Shown: one piece after another, positions 1 through 14,800 of the stretch
Position numbering within the stretch: position 1 is the first letter of the stretch
Layout of the letters: each line of letters opens with the position of its first letter
The notes under the pieces: model-generated
Told to the model about the DNA's origin: nothing
The model's input: the letters and a program-made list of their open reading frames with translations, nothing else
The model's database searches: none
NCBI GenBank assembly: GCA_030141605.1
Contig: JAQGDQ010000023.1
Location: 186,001-250,000, forward strand
From: Tubiluchus corallicola
Taxonomy: Eukaryota; Animalia; Priapulida
DNA length: 64,000 bases
Reading direction: 5' to 3'
Position numbers and translations under genes: made by a program

Positions 1-355
1 CAACTGGATCACCATGTCCTATCTCAATATATTCATTAGGGCAGGCAAGATCTAACTTTATAAATCGAAGCAGGTAAAGGTTATACTTTGGTCCTGTATC
101 ATTAGGGTATGAAAATCTGATGTAATTAAAACAGTTATGAGCAGGTACATTTTCGTAATTGCCAGGGGGTGAAGATATGACTGTTGCACCTAATTCTGTT
201 GTCAGAATATTATCGGATTTATTATTTTTAAATACTGTCGAGCACATTTTCTGAAGAGGATAATATGGCCACGATAATGCATATATTACATTTACTGGAG
301 AGTAGCACAAAAGTAAGTTAAACAGTAATCCAAAGTATTTATGTTGACTTAACAT
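1..355 (-). CDS. 5' part of a probably secreted CUB-like domain protein (runs off window edge)
   Basis: Open frame from ATG at 355 to position 2 (118 codons, no stop, so absent from the ORF track). N-terminus MLSQHKYFGLLFNLLLCYSPVNVIYA looks like a signal peptide. It is followed by C...ISSPPGNYEN...C.NYI...LRFIKLDLACPNEYIEIGHG, a CUB-like pattern. Confidence 0.55.
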   Translation of the reverse strand, partial: MLSQHKYFGLLFNLLLCYSPVNVIYALSWPYYPLQKMCSTVFKNNKSDNILTTELGATVISSPPGNYENVPAHNCFNYIRFSYPNDTGPKYNLYLLRFIKLDLACPNEYIEIGHGDPV

Positions 356-837
356 TGCAAAATAACTTGTTTATCATAATAATGTAGCATCTTTACATAC
401 AAGTCATTTACAAAAATTCTTCTTTTCCTTCTTCTATGGTAAGCTGGCATTGGAAGCATTATACGTTTAAGCACTCAGTAACTGTTAATGATTCTACAAA
501 ATAATGACTGAAATGTAATGAAATAGTAAATTCATGAAAACAGTTCAGGCAAAAAGATTGTTAATATATTTTTCGTTTTCTAAACAATTTGACAGGTTGC
601 ATGTCAGTGTTCAGCACTTACTATTGCTTAACTTATTTTCATGGATATTGCATGACTGGATTGCCCTTAATTTAGCTTATTGTCCCAATAATCTTCTAAG
701 ATGACATGTGCTGAATCAGCAGTGGTACCCAAATGTCTTAACCACATTTTGGCATAAATAATCTTCCCTCTATGCCTGGAGGCAGTATTACAAACAAACA
801 CCAAAGTAATTTTCCGGTGGTCACATATCCAGGATTT

Positions 838-976
838 GCATAACCTGAAATACATACATGTGCAATTACAGGAAAGTGTGACATCGAAACATACATGTTG
901 CACCATGTAAACAGGGACTTGGAGCTCATTCATCAATGTTCTTTTCATAGCAGATGCCTTTATAACCTGCAATACA
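838..976 (-). pseudogene. Degenerate calcium-binding EGF-like repeat remnant
   Basis: Minus strand reads CIAGYKGICYEKNIDE*APSPCLHGATC and, after frameshifts, CNCTC and CISGYA. This matches a Notch-type EGF repeat with TGA in place of a Cys codon. Confidence 0.4.
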
Positions 977-3900
977 TGTGAATCAAAATCAGCTAAACTA
1001 AACTGATTTAGGGTTTTAACCACATTTAACCATATAAATCTTCCTTAGGGGGAGTTTGCAAATGAACTCAGAAGCGATTTTGGTGGCTACTGTCTATTTA
1101 TCAACCTGGCCAGGCTTTTGCTGACATTGATTGCTTAATTCCCAAACACTGTGACCACTCAGCTGTTATATATAATGTCTCTATTTGTAATTTCTACACA
1201 TCCATTTACTTAATAGTTAGTTAAGTTAAATAAGCAATAACACTATTTACATGTATGTATACATACAAAATAGCCACCGGTAGTGCAGAGATTTCACACA
1301 ATACTTATATTATATGTAGAAACTAAATGATGGGTAATAGATATCAAAAATTTTCATTTGTTTACTGTTTAGACCCAGATGTCATGAATACCTTTCATCC
1401 AATATAAATTGCTCCTTAGTTGCACTAGAATATACCATATTCTCTTGCTTTAAATTACAAATTTTATTAAATTATAAATATGATGTTTCATGTAAACAAG
1501 TAAGATAAATTTCTTAACAGAAAAAATATCTAAACTATTGACATTTGATAGTACACTCATTAAATCCAGGTTCATTTGGCAGATGGACAGGTGCATTTAC
1601 CACCTAAGCACCTGTTCCCTAGTTATAATCAGCATGAGGAATGCGGGAAATATTCTGGCTAGTTCTCACTTAAACTTTACGTTTTAACTTTTTACACTTC
1701 TCAGTCGATTTCTCAACAACAACAACATCTGCAATATGGTTTGATTGATCCAGATTTGAACCCTGGATCTCTTTGCCAACAATATATTAAATTTTGAGAA
1801 ATCTGTTCCTATAGTAAAACCAGTCACTTTCTTAATACATATAAAATGACACTATAAATTACTTAAAATAAAGACATAATGTTAAATTTTTAAATTTTAT
1901 ATAGCAAGAACAATATCCATTTCATACTAAATGAACTATATATTTTTTTCTGAAGATGACTGCTAGTATGCAGTGAAAAGGTCGATTATTTTAATAAAAA
2001 CGTAACAAAATTTTTTATATAGTGGGATGCTTACGAAAGAGGACATAAAGACAACAGTTCAGTTAGACTGTGTTTATTTCACTAGAGATGATGCTACCAT
2101 TACCAAAAATATTTAGCGCTATTGAAATTGTGCATTTCAAATTTTATTTATCCAGCAACAAACAACTCAGCAAACAACAAATGTTTAAGCTTAGATTACA
2201 TGAATATTATTGATTTGTCAAGAGAAAAAACAAAAAGGCAAAATAAAAGTAAAAACACAATGCATTTATTTCTGTTTGTGCTTTTATGCTCCATATTTCA
2301 AAGACAATTTCTAGGACAAGATGACGAAATGTTTTTCAAAACCAAGTTCCTTGTTTACACACAACTTTAGATGTAAAAACTAAAAAAAATATTATATGCA
2401 ACTTATTAGAAAAGTCAATGGAAATCACACGTCCTTGCAATACCTGGTTTCCATATTTCATCTGCCATTTTAAATCATCATCTAATAAACTTACAATAGT
2501 GTGAGTGATAATTGAAGCAAATTTCAATTCATGAAGACAAATTTATTTTTAATTGCAATAAAATGAAAAGAGAAATTATTATTTGAATGAATCGGTCATG
2601 AAACTTGCATTTGTTGTAATGTTTAAATAAGTTGTTGACAAATGCTTTGTTAAATACTAACAAAAAAGAGAGTAAAAACAAATGCGTAGCAATTCAAAAT
2701 CTCCATTGAGCTTCTGTTTTTATTTCTGCTTTGGCCTGAATGCTATGAGCTTCAATTTCTATTCCGAACTTTGGCTTGAATGATAAGGCCATAATTTGAG
2801 TAAGCTATGTTATTTCATATAAATTAAAATATGTTATTTGGTAGCTCACATAAATGCACAATGTGCATTCTTTTCCATTCCTCCGCGGATTGAAATTCTT
2901 ACCATTAGGTGCCTCCCATTGGAGAAAACTGTCTTGCCGCTTGTGATAAACTAGGGATGGATATTTAGAACATGCAGTTATAATACTATAGGAAAATGCT
3001 GTTGGTTATGCCATTGCTATGAAAATTATCAAGGAAAAATATTTCAATCTACGAATTTTTGGGTTTTGCGATCATGGGTGTATAACAGATCTTAGGTAAG
3101 TCAGCCTTATAGTCCATGCGCACCAGCTGTCCCATTTTCTCAATAGACCTGCATGACCATAATACTAACAGGCCAGCTGCACATCTAATCTAATTCTGAG
3201 CTAGTAGAACAGCCAATATTAAATTTGGCTTCGATATTAATCTTTTTGAATTAAAATAAGCCCGCTTTTCAGATGATTCCGACATCTGCTTAATGTATAT
3301 CATTTTTTATTTTGTCTCGCTTCACAGACACATGATCCGTTTCACTACCTCTTGGACAAATAATTGTTTTTTACTAAGTAGATGGAGTAGCGAGCAATGT
3401 GACCAGCATAGTTTCTCTCTTTAGAGCATTAGATACTTAGTTTAATTTTACAATGATACTAATGGAGCTAATATTATAATGATGATATTATTGTAAAAAA
3501 ATACATTTGTAAGTTGTCAAGGACTATCCGTTATTATTATAAATTCACTTTTTTGTAAAATAAATTTAGTATTATGTTTTATTATATCATAATTCTTGAT
3601 TTTCGACAGAAATCCCCAGTGCCCTATTTGGGCTGCCCATGTACGACACTGCTTTTCCGCAAATTTAGCACACGCGCTTTAGCGGAAGTGTCCTACTTCA
3701 GCTAGTGCCGTATTCCGCGCCCTACATTAACGACTTTTAATAGGGCCACCAATTACGCACAATTTATAAATTAACTGTATTTCAGAAACAAAACTGTATA
3801 TTTTGTGGTGTTGTGAAGCCAATACGATAATGTGGACACTCACCTGGCTATAATGTTCCGACAGTTAAGAACACAAGATATGTTCATATAATTTAAGCAA

Positions 3901-5790
3901 AAATTATAATTTTTTCGTTTTCTGCTAAACAGTACACACATGCTAGAATCGTATCTAAGCAGCTGCTGCACTGTAGTGTCGCTGACTCACTGTGCCTGGT
4001 GCTGCCAGACCCTGGCCATTTTATCAGTCAACTACGGCCGAGAGTCTCAATGCAGGACTGAAATAACTTTCATGCGCCCCAATTTTTAAAAAATTGCAAT
4101 ACCATCTTTTTTAATACTTTATCTACAGTCAGTACTGCTGTATATAAATGGATCTAGGTTAATTAACTCATACTGGCACTGTTCAGGTTCATTATGTAAA
4201 AACCTTATCATGTAGCATCATGTAATGAATTTTACGTCATCATGTAACCATCAATATGTGACAATTTTTGCCATTATGTAATACAATGATTTTGTGACAA
4301 AAAATTAGAGAGTATTTTATAAATCTAGATTAATTTCATTGATTTCAAGCATCTGAAAGAAATTTCAAATCTGAAAACTTGAGGTTTAATTTTTTTTTAG
4401 TTTTACTACGAACTTTCTTAGTGAAATACTATTATTATCAAATACTATCTATACAAATAGCTACAAGATTATATTTCTGTAAAGCATGATTGTCATAATC
4501 ACATTACACAATAAATACATGCACATAGTGCAGCATAATTTAAAACATTTTGCAATAAAATCATGTATCCATACTCATCCTTTCAGAGTAACTTATATCA
4601 GTGCAGTCTCCGCAAAAACTGCAATCAATTTAAATCTAAAACATTTGTAAAAGTGCATAAAACAAACAAATGGATACTTTGGCAATGAACATGTGTTAAA
4701 AGCCGTAGCTGCTAGACTAGTAGGGTAGGAGAATGGGAAATCAGTCAAGACACATAGGTAGGTAGACAGCCACAGTAGGTAGGCAGCAGGTAGGTAGTTA
4801 GGTATATAGATAGATATTGAACTGGTACCTCGCCCACATAGGCTAAAACTATCCAGGTTGGTTCAGTACCAGCAGATGCGGAGGCCAAACAGTCTATAAC
4901 TCTTGTAACATCCATTCACGAAACAACAGAATGTGTAAGAAAAATGATACCTTTGTTAGCAAATTACATGAAGCTGATTCAAAAATAATGATGAAATAGG
5001 GTTTGCACCATCGTGGATTACACTAACTGGACCAGCAAAAGAGCAGATGTGACCGCTTTTATACAGGCCAGATGATAACTTGGCTTGCACAGAAACTTAC
5101 ATTTTGCGTGAAAGGGGTTTTCAGTACAATATTATGGTAGGACAGTTGACATCCTTTGTAAGATCGTTTTGCTGATTACAGCGCTTATGCCACTGCCCAG
5201 CTGTGCACTCAGCATGTGTACTGTCAGCGTGCCCACTGCCAAGATGTCCATTGCTTATTTAAAACTGATTTAGATCCTCTAAGATAATGAATTTTTATCT
5301 AATTGATTTCTGAATAACAGAAACTCAGGTTTTTTTCTATAAAGTTTAAACTTTTGCAAGAGAATACAATAGTAGAGAGTACAATAAAACAGAATAGAAT
5401 ATTTATTTATTTATTAATCTTTTTCACTGCAAAAACCAGTAAAAAATAATAATATGCACAAGGGGAGTCTGAGTGATGAAAAAACCAAGGAACACCGAGT
5501 CAACCACCCTTATAAAGGGAAGAGGCGCAAGGGGGTTATTTACGAGACTCAATATGCCACAGCTCTCTCTTTCAATGTTGAATATTATTAATATGAAGAC
5601 AGCTATCGGGAATTTGCAACAAAAATTATATTGAACATTTTAATAGAATATGCGAGTTTCGTTATTATTGTTAAGTTCCCGTGATACAACCATAGATATT
5701 TATGTTACTACGTAGTACGTACTGCGGTGGGCGTCCGCCGTCTGATGGCAGCACTACTAAAAATGGACACTATGTAACTTTCGTGTAAAA

Positions 5791-5899
5791 ATGCTTTTAT
5801 ATTCGACATTGCGTTTCTTTTTTCTTGTTTGTGCTTTTAGTACCAAATTTGACGTAATCACATCATGGTATCAAGGATGTAAAGAAAATGGGTTCTCAG
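5791..5899 (+). CDS. PKD1L1-like exon 1: signal peptide and start of WSC domain
   Basis: MLLYSTLRFFFLVCAFSTKFDVITSWYQGCKENGFS then G|gtatac; phase 1 matches exon 2; WYQGC fits a WSC start. Confidence 0.75.
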
Positions 5900-8800
5900 G
5901 TATACGATTATTTTCACTTCTAGACTATTTGAACAGCTAGATATGCCCAAGGTTGTCACTTAACCTAGTACTAGTAGTAGTAGTAGTATTAGTACGCTAG
6001 CAGTGCTACTATCAGTGCGTTGTTTTTCTTTGTTTCTATATGTGAAAGCTACATTTCACTGTCTTACTGTTATCTGCTGATATAAATGTAAATTAAGTAT
6101 GCGTGGGAGTGTCCATTTCATTTAGTGTGAGTATTGTTTTGTTGTGTAGTACTAGTACTAGTAGTAGTAGTAGGGCAATAGACGGACACTAACCAAAAGA
6201 TGTAAGAAAATGAACACTTTATTATTACAACGATGTCTTTGTCCACCATTATCACCCATCAGTGCTTCATCAGTTGACAGTTTCAAAAGGCATATGAGAG
6301 AGGACCGTTTATTTATTTTTTTTAACAATGAACTAATGATGACCTGTTTTACATAGTGCCAAGCCACCAAAACTAAATTTTGTAAATGAACCATATATAA
6401 GGGCAGCATTTTTAGGATTCTTGTAGTCGTAAACTGTCCTCATGCATTTTCTTCTATAAAAAAAGTTTCGTTAATGGCAAATTCATATTGTATTTGTTGG
6501 GTGAAATGACAGTAACTGCTACACTACAGTTAGCTGTGTTAGGTAGATCGCTGATTACATAATTTAGTACAATTGCACAGTCAGCAAGTACTGCGACTGC
6601 ACAAGGAGGAGCTGCGCATCATAGCTCAAGGCCATGTGAAGGTGGTACTAATGGCGCATTGAGTAGCAGAGTGCCCTTACAGTAGTTGTTCTGCTAGTTA
6701 TATTTTGATAATTAGAACTAATTAAATAAGTTGCAATTTATCTGCTTACTTGAATGCTTAACATGTATACAATAAGGAGGCCAACTTATTTTAGCACACA
6801 ATGTGGGTAAATTGTAGGCTTTGATGCCTTCTTAATTTTATGGTAAGCACTTTAAATGTGAAAAACCATGGAATTTGTGTATTTCAGATACAGAAAGATT
6901 ACGTTATGCAGAGAGGGTTGTATCAGATGTAGAACTGCTTCCAGTATCATGTGCCAAATTCTGTCTTAATCATAATGTGGAATATGCAGCTGTGACAGGC
7001 ATTAATGAATGCAGTTGTGTGCAAAGTATTGGTAACAGTTCTTTGATAAATGACTTCTGTGTTCAAAGGTACATTTTTAAAATTTAACATGACAACTGCC
7101 AGTTATGGGTACATGTTTGTATTAAATTATTTGCCAGCTGCCTGATATCACTATACTCATTGTTCATTGCTAATCTACTATAACTGGGCATTCCAGTCTT
7201 GTCACTCTCATCTATGTCAGGGATGTTACCGAAAGGAAAATTTTGTTTTGGTTTGCTGATAATTGCACTTTTGGTTAAGTTTAGTTTTCATCGAAAATTA
7301 CTTAGTTTCATAGCCAAAATTTTCGATAATTTTTGGTAGCATTTTTTCGAGGTTTTAGCAGTATTTTTCTAGTTTACCCTTTCTCTCTTAGATGTTAAAA
7401 ATCACTGAAAAATAGTTAAATTAATAAAGCTATATTATTGTTTCTTTAACTTTTTGTACCATTTGTAGCATGCTTTTTATGGCAATGCTGCATATCTTCA
7501 ATGCTAACGACTGTGAAGCTTTAAGGTCTCCAGGCACAATCTGCAAAATACCAAAGCATAATTTGAAAAACCAAATTTAACTTTATAATTTATGAAATAT
7601 AAGTAACAAAATATTTGCAAAATAAAATTTGCCACTGGTCTACTTTTTCATTACCTATTTTGCTTCTGTTAAATAATTAATTAGCACATAGTGTTCTATA
7701 CTGTAGGCTGTGCCTATATAAACTGGTTGTACATTTGTAAAAATTTACCACTGATACTGACAACAGTAGCTCTATCGAAATGTTTGGTATGATTTTTAAA
7801 CATGTAAATTAAAAGTTTTAATAAGGTTGTGGTGTTCTAACTATAAGTATTTTATTTATTTCAGAATCTTTTTGGTTTTAATAGTAGTTGGTTTTGCAAA
7901 AATGATTTCTGTTTAGTTTCGTTTTGGTATCGGCTTCCTATGCATCGTAAATTTCGGTTTCAGTTTGTAATTTCAGTTTCGGTAACATCCCTGACTACGT
8001 TGATTAGGCTGTGCCCTTGAATGACTAATTCCAGCTTGTAGAGAATCAAACTATGTAAAAAACTATGTAAGCGATGTAGCAGGTATATTGATTCTTGGCA
8101 CACTACAGTTTAGGACCAGAAGAAGACTACATTTAAAGTCTTACATGCTTTTGCATTTAAAAACAATACTACTACACATTTTTTGTGGTTGTGATTGAAA
8201 AATGTAAAAATACTTTTGTTAGTGCAATAAACCTATGTTCATTGAACTCCAGCAATGTCATTTCTTGTGCTGTTCAGCCAGAACTATTTTAAAGTTATCT
8301 ATTAAATAATTTTAGATTTGAAGTAATTGTTCTATGGTTACTTGGCTGATAAAACTGCCATGCTGTGGTGTTGCATTGTACCCAAGTAACAAATTAAAAC
8401 TGAATTCCATAGACTGCACACATTGCAAATAATTTTTTCTGGGCATATTTTTATTGGACTTTGACTTTAGTTTCCAAATTTTGAGATTTGAATTGTATTC
8501 TTCAAATGATGCTTATCAGTTCTACTTTAAATTAGTCTGCTAGTAAGTTTATTGTCATTTATACCATTGTGCCTTATTTTTAAAATGACATTGTCTGTAG
8601 TGATTTAGTACATCAATCTGTATATGTACGTGTAGATAAATTCACAAAATTGTTTTTTTCAGATGTGAAACACCCCTGTTTCAAGACTCAAATTTGACGT
8701 GTGGTGGAAAAGATGCCTGGTCAGTGTACCTAAGTCGCGGTCCGTACATAAGAGACTTGAAAATTCGTGGGAACTTGAAAGTATTTATGGGGCAGCAGAC

Positions 8801-11800
8801 TGTGCTTGAAGGAATTTCATTGCTAGCATCTAATCATAGTAACACTAAAGGTTGAAAATTCATTTTTACATGATTTATTAAAAATCGATCTTACAAGAAA
8901 TTTAGTTGTCAAAATAACTTTAAAACGTTATGTGTGTAGTTATACCAGTTTATCTGTAAAGCATCTCAGCGTGTATCAAACTATCTTTTTTGGCAAAAGC
9001 TAAGCTCAATGGATTTTAGAGAAGTTGCATTCTTTGCAGAACAATATTAGTAGTAATGTAATTAATAGCATTACTAAAAATGTTAATGGTGAGCTCAAAA
9101 GTGTATTAGTAAGTAATATTGCTGTAATCTTGCATTAGGTACTATTCTTTTCTAATCCGTTGATCTCAAACTGTTAAGATTTGCCACCTCCAGAAATTGA
9201 AAGATAATATCTAATAATGAGCTTTTTGTTTGCCTTTTGGGTTTTTTATTACGAACAATCAGAATCGTTTCATGTGAAATGTTAATTCTGATATGCTTAA
9301 AAACGCTTTATTTGTTATAGCTGGAACCGATGTGAATTTCATATGGAATTTCGACAATGTTGAACTACGCCGGATTTCTCAACTTGTTGGCAATCAGACT
9401 CACGCGCGATCACGCATCATTCATGCCTTTGCTCTTCCAGGCACTTACAACATCACGCTCTCGGCTGGAAATGGCATATCATTTGCAAGAGATGAAGCTG
9501 TTATCCATGTCCTCATTCCAGAACCTTCAGTGTTGCAACTTGAAATAAATGGAACTTTGGCTGATTCACCGTCGTGCATTCCAGCCGATATCCAACTTCC
9601 ATCCGCGGAAAGTGTATTGCCCGTCTTTTCAAATGAAGAAGTAAGCACGAGTAAAGTTACTATTTCATTCTCCGTCCATCTCTGTAATGTAATTTTCCAC
9701 AATTTTAACTTGAGGCCACCTTCTGTTTTTTGCATGAGCGACATTGTTATAATAGCTGGATTCGAATGGCCGTATTGGTCAAGACTGCTATCACCAATAA
9801 TTAGTTTTATATGATGAACTGTTGTAAAATCATTTGTCTTTTCTATTTTAGTGAATAGATTTTTTTCTTTCTAGTTTTCTTAGTTGAGGATAAACAGTTA
9901 CAGTGTTACATATAGTAATAAACCTAAAATGAAAATAGTCTATAACTTGTAACTCTAAGTGCTAATATATTTCTAATTGTGTATTCCATCAACTCAAATT
10001 CTAGCATAATCTGAAAATCATGCTATATTTATTCGTCGCCTACTTGTGCTAATCTATAGTCAAATGCTGAAAGCTCAGTATTATCAGTTTAAATATTCTC
10101 CACACTTCGTGTAAGTTTGTTGTTGAATTCAAGTTGAGTTGAATGGTCATATTGAAATGAAACGCTTTGAATAGTGACATTAGCTTAGGTTTTTTTTCTT
10201 AACTATGTGCTGGTAGGTAATATTTCAGTGCTCAGAAGGCATTTCGTGAATCTCTACTGTATAAAATCAATATTTTGTAGGTAATAATGATGGCATCGGT
10301 GGCAACTGGTGCTAACGTTACATTTCTGTGGTCCTTTAAAAGTGGCCAGGTCGTATCATTTCGACCAGGAATTGATTCTAAATGTAGGGGAGTGGCGTGT
10401 TTAGTGAGCAAGCACATGCATGTCTTTGATACATCGGGTTTGCATGAACTTACGCTAAGTGTGAGCAACATTTATGGTGAATTGACTAGAACATTTTACA
10501 TAGTAAGTTTTACTCTAACATATATTTGTCTTGAAATTAATTTATTATATCTGATATTTTTCCAAATAGTAGAGCCACATCCGGAATTGCATATTCAGGT
10601 ATGAACAGCTGCGAATTAGTTGCTGTTCATTAAATTACAAACGGGTTTTTATCAGACATGCACATATTTTTTAAATACTTTGTACCTCTTACACTTTGAA
10701 GTAATATATCGCTACCAGATATCCCCTTTCACCTCGGTCATATCTTTTTTCTGCAAGTCCTTGCTGAAAAACCACTAGAGAAGTGACCAGTTTTTCTGCT
10801 TTTGCAGGGTCCAATGTGCAATAGCACAGTAACACAGGCCTGATAAATGGGTTTATTGAAAACAATATGAAGTGATTTTTTTCTATTAAGCAAATCGCAT
10901 ATGCACTTCCAGGCATCTGATAAATCCAGCATAAAACTTTTTTTTCAGTCATAGTAAACATTTTCAACAATAGTCATATTTTGGGATATAATTAGCAAAA
11001 AAAATGTTATGTTGTTAACTAGTATTAAACTTCTCTTTTGCTGTGCACTTCCGGCTCATTTTTTGCCTTATTCAGTATTGTAATGTGATATCATATCAAA
11101 TGCTTTTATTATGTTTTTCCAGGAAATACTTTCGGTCTTCATTTATTTACATTTATGTATTAAAAAACTTAAAATGCATTTAATTTAAATATGTTTTATT
11201 GTTTTTGTGCTTGCTAGGAAGGAAAACCTGATGCAGGCATGCCACAAAGATTACTGAATTGTTGCTTTATTATACGCAGTAGCCCAATAATAGCTTCAGC
11301 AAGATACAATATTTTCTTGGTCATACATTAAAGTTCATGTCTATAGGTGAAGAAAGTTTCACCGAAATTTATCTGGAGAATCTTGGTTGTCTTCTCATAA
11401 TTTATCATGAAGCAGTCTCAATATAATAAGTGTAATTGATAAGATCTGTTAAGTTGGTGACATAGTGGCATGTTTGTTGGCAGTAAGTGCTATTGAATTT
11501 TATATTATAATTGAATGAAATATGTGTGTGTAATAAAGTTTTCAATTTATACGTCAAGCAACACTTCATTGTACCACTACATCATAGGCTCTCCTTGATT
11601 TTTTCCTGGTGCATTAAAAGAAATTCATAATGTCATCGTTTGTCACCTATATACCTGGTCTTTAAGGTTTTAAATGCTCATATTTTTCATAAATCTACTT
11701 TTCTGTTAGATAATCATAACTTGTATTGTCTTTTTTAATTTGTTTTTTTAATTTACTCTTAAATTATATTAACATATAACTATCATTATTAACAGTGTAA

Positions 11801-14800
11801 GCAGAGTTGTTTGTGCAAGCAAAATTCTTTTTTAAAATGTTTGCATTAATTATTTGATATTTTTTGTCATTAATGTTTTGCTTTGAATTTTTTCTCAACA
11901 TAGGCCATTAAATATGTTTAATTTTTATAAAACTAGAGTTGCTCATGGGAAAAGATAGCTAGAGTTAGCACTTGTAATAAATGGCAACAGAATTTTTTGT
12001 TGTGTCTCATGTCTCCTTGTGGCATTTTGTCGATGCAGTGTGGTTGTTTTGATCAAATTTATCTGCTTTAGTTAATGTCAAAACCTAGCTTTTTCTTTTT
12101 TAAGACTGTTCAGTATGTGTTGCCCACTGTGTAAATTTTGCTAAATTGGTATTATGTTTTGTGTATCACATATTAATTATTCTCTTTTATATTTTTAGGT
12201 GGCTGTGCCTAGAATTCTTTCAAATTTAAGTTTGTCTGTCATTGAGCCTGCAGTCATTAAACGTCAATCTGTCGCTACATTTGAACTTAGTGTATTGACT
12301 TCTGCACGCCAGAACTCTTATCTTGACATTGATTACGGCGACGGCGTCCAGATGGCATATGAACTGCGTGACGACAACAAAACTTTTCTTGCTGCACATA
12401 GTGAAACAGATCTGCAACTTGTAGCCAGCTATGGCATCGGCTGTGAACTCCATGTAAAAGTGTTTCATTTATACCTGTCAGAAGGCACCTTCAATGTACA
12501 TTCAGTAGTACATAATAGTGACGATGTTATAGAACATGTAAGTGACAGTACAATAGTTGTACAAAATGAACTACAGAATGCACACATTTACACAAAACGT
12601 TACGTACCCGTTAACATCTCAACGACAATCAGTGTTCGCTTATCACAAGACTCGATGTTTAAGCAGTTTGTTTACAATATTACCGAATCCTCAGATATTG
12701 TGTACAGATCCGGGCCTTTGAGTAACCAATCTATCGAATTTGTATATCCTCGTGTAGGTAGCTATAATATAGATGTGAATGTTTTCAATGACGTAAGTAA
12801 TATCAAAGCTGAATATGTAGTTTATGTTCACGAGAAGATCGAGAGTCTACAACTGACAGTTTCCGATTACGTTGTTGAAACTGGCATGGAAGTCACTTGC
12901 CAAGCTGAGGTGGACTTTGGTTCTGATGTCAGCTTTTCCTGGCACTTTGACACAACCAGTGCTCAATCTCATGTCGTTCATCAGCCCAAATCTTCAGTGA
13001 TAAAGCTTATTTTTACTGTTCCAAATGAGTATAATGTCTCTGTCGAGGCATCAAATTTGCTTGGCTCATTCGTAGCATCTACAGAACTGCCTATTACTGT
13101 GCAAGAACGCCCACAAAATCTCTACTTTGCACCACCTCGGTTTATGGCAACTAATCAAGCATACTCGTTTAACATAAGTTCAAAACACGGTTCTCATCTC
13201 ACTGCCCATCTATCAGTAGATGGAAGAAATATTACAGGTGTTCAATCAAGCACAGGCGTTTTTGTTTTTTCTGTGTTATTTGACGCACCAGGAACATACA
13301 ACATAACAGCATTTGTGTTCAACGATATTGGTTCACTTTACAAAACTGTTATTGTAGTCGTTGAGGAAGAACTCGGAAAACTTACTATCGTGCCCATTAG
13401 TGAGTTTGTTGCAAATAATACAGCAATATTTCAAGCCAACATAGACAATTCTTTGCCATCAGGGACTGATCTAATTTTTGATTGGTCGTTTGACGATGGC
13501 TATGATTTTCGGTCAGCTATGCCTTTCGCGTGGAAAATGTATGAGACTCCCGGTGAGAGGCATGTAAATCTTACCGCTTATAATAACATTGATTTTGCAT
13601 CAACATCTTTTTCTTTTGTTGTGCAAGATAACTCGACAGCAGCATTTCTTCGCCATGAATTAGTCACTACGGTGGGAAAACCTGTTGTATTTGAAATTGT
13701 TCATACTTTGGATAATGTTGAACAAAATGTTGACTATGTTTTCCATTTCGGCAAAGGCGGCAACACATCGCTGGTGACTGCGGAATCATCTGTGACATAT
13801 ACTTTTCTAACTTCTGGCATATATAACATTTCTGCCAAAGAAAGTGACAACGAAATAGAATCCTTAATACTGGTAGAACAACCTGTAGAAACTTGTGAAC
13901 TTTCTGGCTCTTCCAGTCTCGATTCTTTCCCAGCTTTGGGAAATTATGAAGTTGCAAGTCATCCGAAGTTGGGTGTCTTATTTGAATGGGCGATTGACAA
14001 TGAGATTTATGTTACACATTTACCAATGTATGCCCCTAAGTTTGCGCACTCGGGTTCATTCAACTTGACTGTGAAATGCTCGAATTTAATCAGCTCTTTG
14101 TCATCATTTTTGGTAATTCATGTGCAGCGTGCAATAGAAACAATTGATTTTTCGGCATCTTTAGTAGTTTATGGTCAGAGCACTGACATCGACATTGAAA
14201 TTTATGGAGGCAGTAGTGATTTTTATGTAAACATAGACTATGGCTATGGTTGGAACCATACATTGCATTCAAGAGATACCACATTAAAAGTTAGGTCAGG
14301 AGAAGCAAGTGCTAACAAATCCGTTTTCAAGCTACATTTGCAGCATAGATTTCCTGAAGCCGGACGATATGTTGTGAATGTGACTGTTTGGAATTATGTG
14401 AGCAGAGCATCCAAATCAAAAGTAGTTATTGTAGACGAAGCCATTGATGGAGTAATCGTTACTGCAGATGCACCTGCTGTTGTGAGTGTATCACAAGAGG
14501 TGACTGCTACTGCCACTGTGACATCTGGCAATGACCTTACTTTTGAATGGGACTTTGGTGAGCCATTTGGACGACGGCGAACCCATGTTTCAAATAACCT
14601 GACAAGTAGCACAGCCAGCCATAAATATGGACTTGCAGGCGAATATACCGTGTCAGTGTACGTGACAAATCCATCGTACCTTGAACCTGTTGTGGCACAG
14701 CTGTCGTACAAAATAGTGGTAGCGGAGCCAATTAGTGGAGTAACATTCTCAGATGTCCGCCATTTTTTTACAGAGCTGAAGAAGCAGTCAGGTGGAAATT

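Noticed and set aside
667-1023. 118-aa minus-strand ORF with an apparent 50-nt mini-intron
   Set aside because: Splicing it gives an immediate stop; the region is better explained as a broken EGF repeat in another frame.
6581-6641. Possible extra polycystin exon (SASTATAQGGAAHHSSRPCE)
   Set aside because: Its phase-0 start does not fit the phase-1 end of exon 1, and exon 1 joins exon 2 cleanly inside the WSC domain.
10689-10970. Minus-strand ORF with LDPAKAEKLV, faintly like a hAT dimerisation tail
   Set aside because: Too short and no other transposase motif recognised.
12226-14731. Several antisense ORFs within exon 6 (and likewise within exon 20)
   Set aside because: Shadow ORFs expected opposite long coding exons; no motifs or splice signals.
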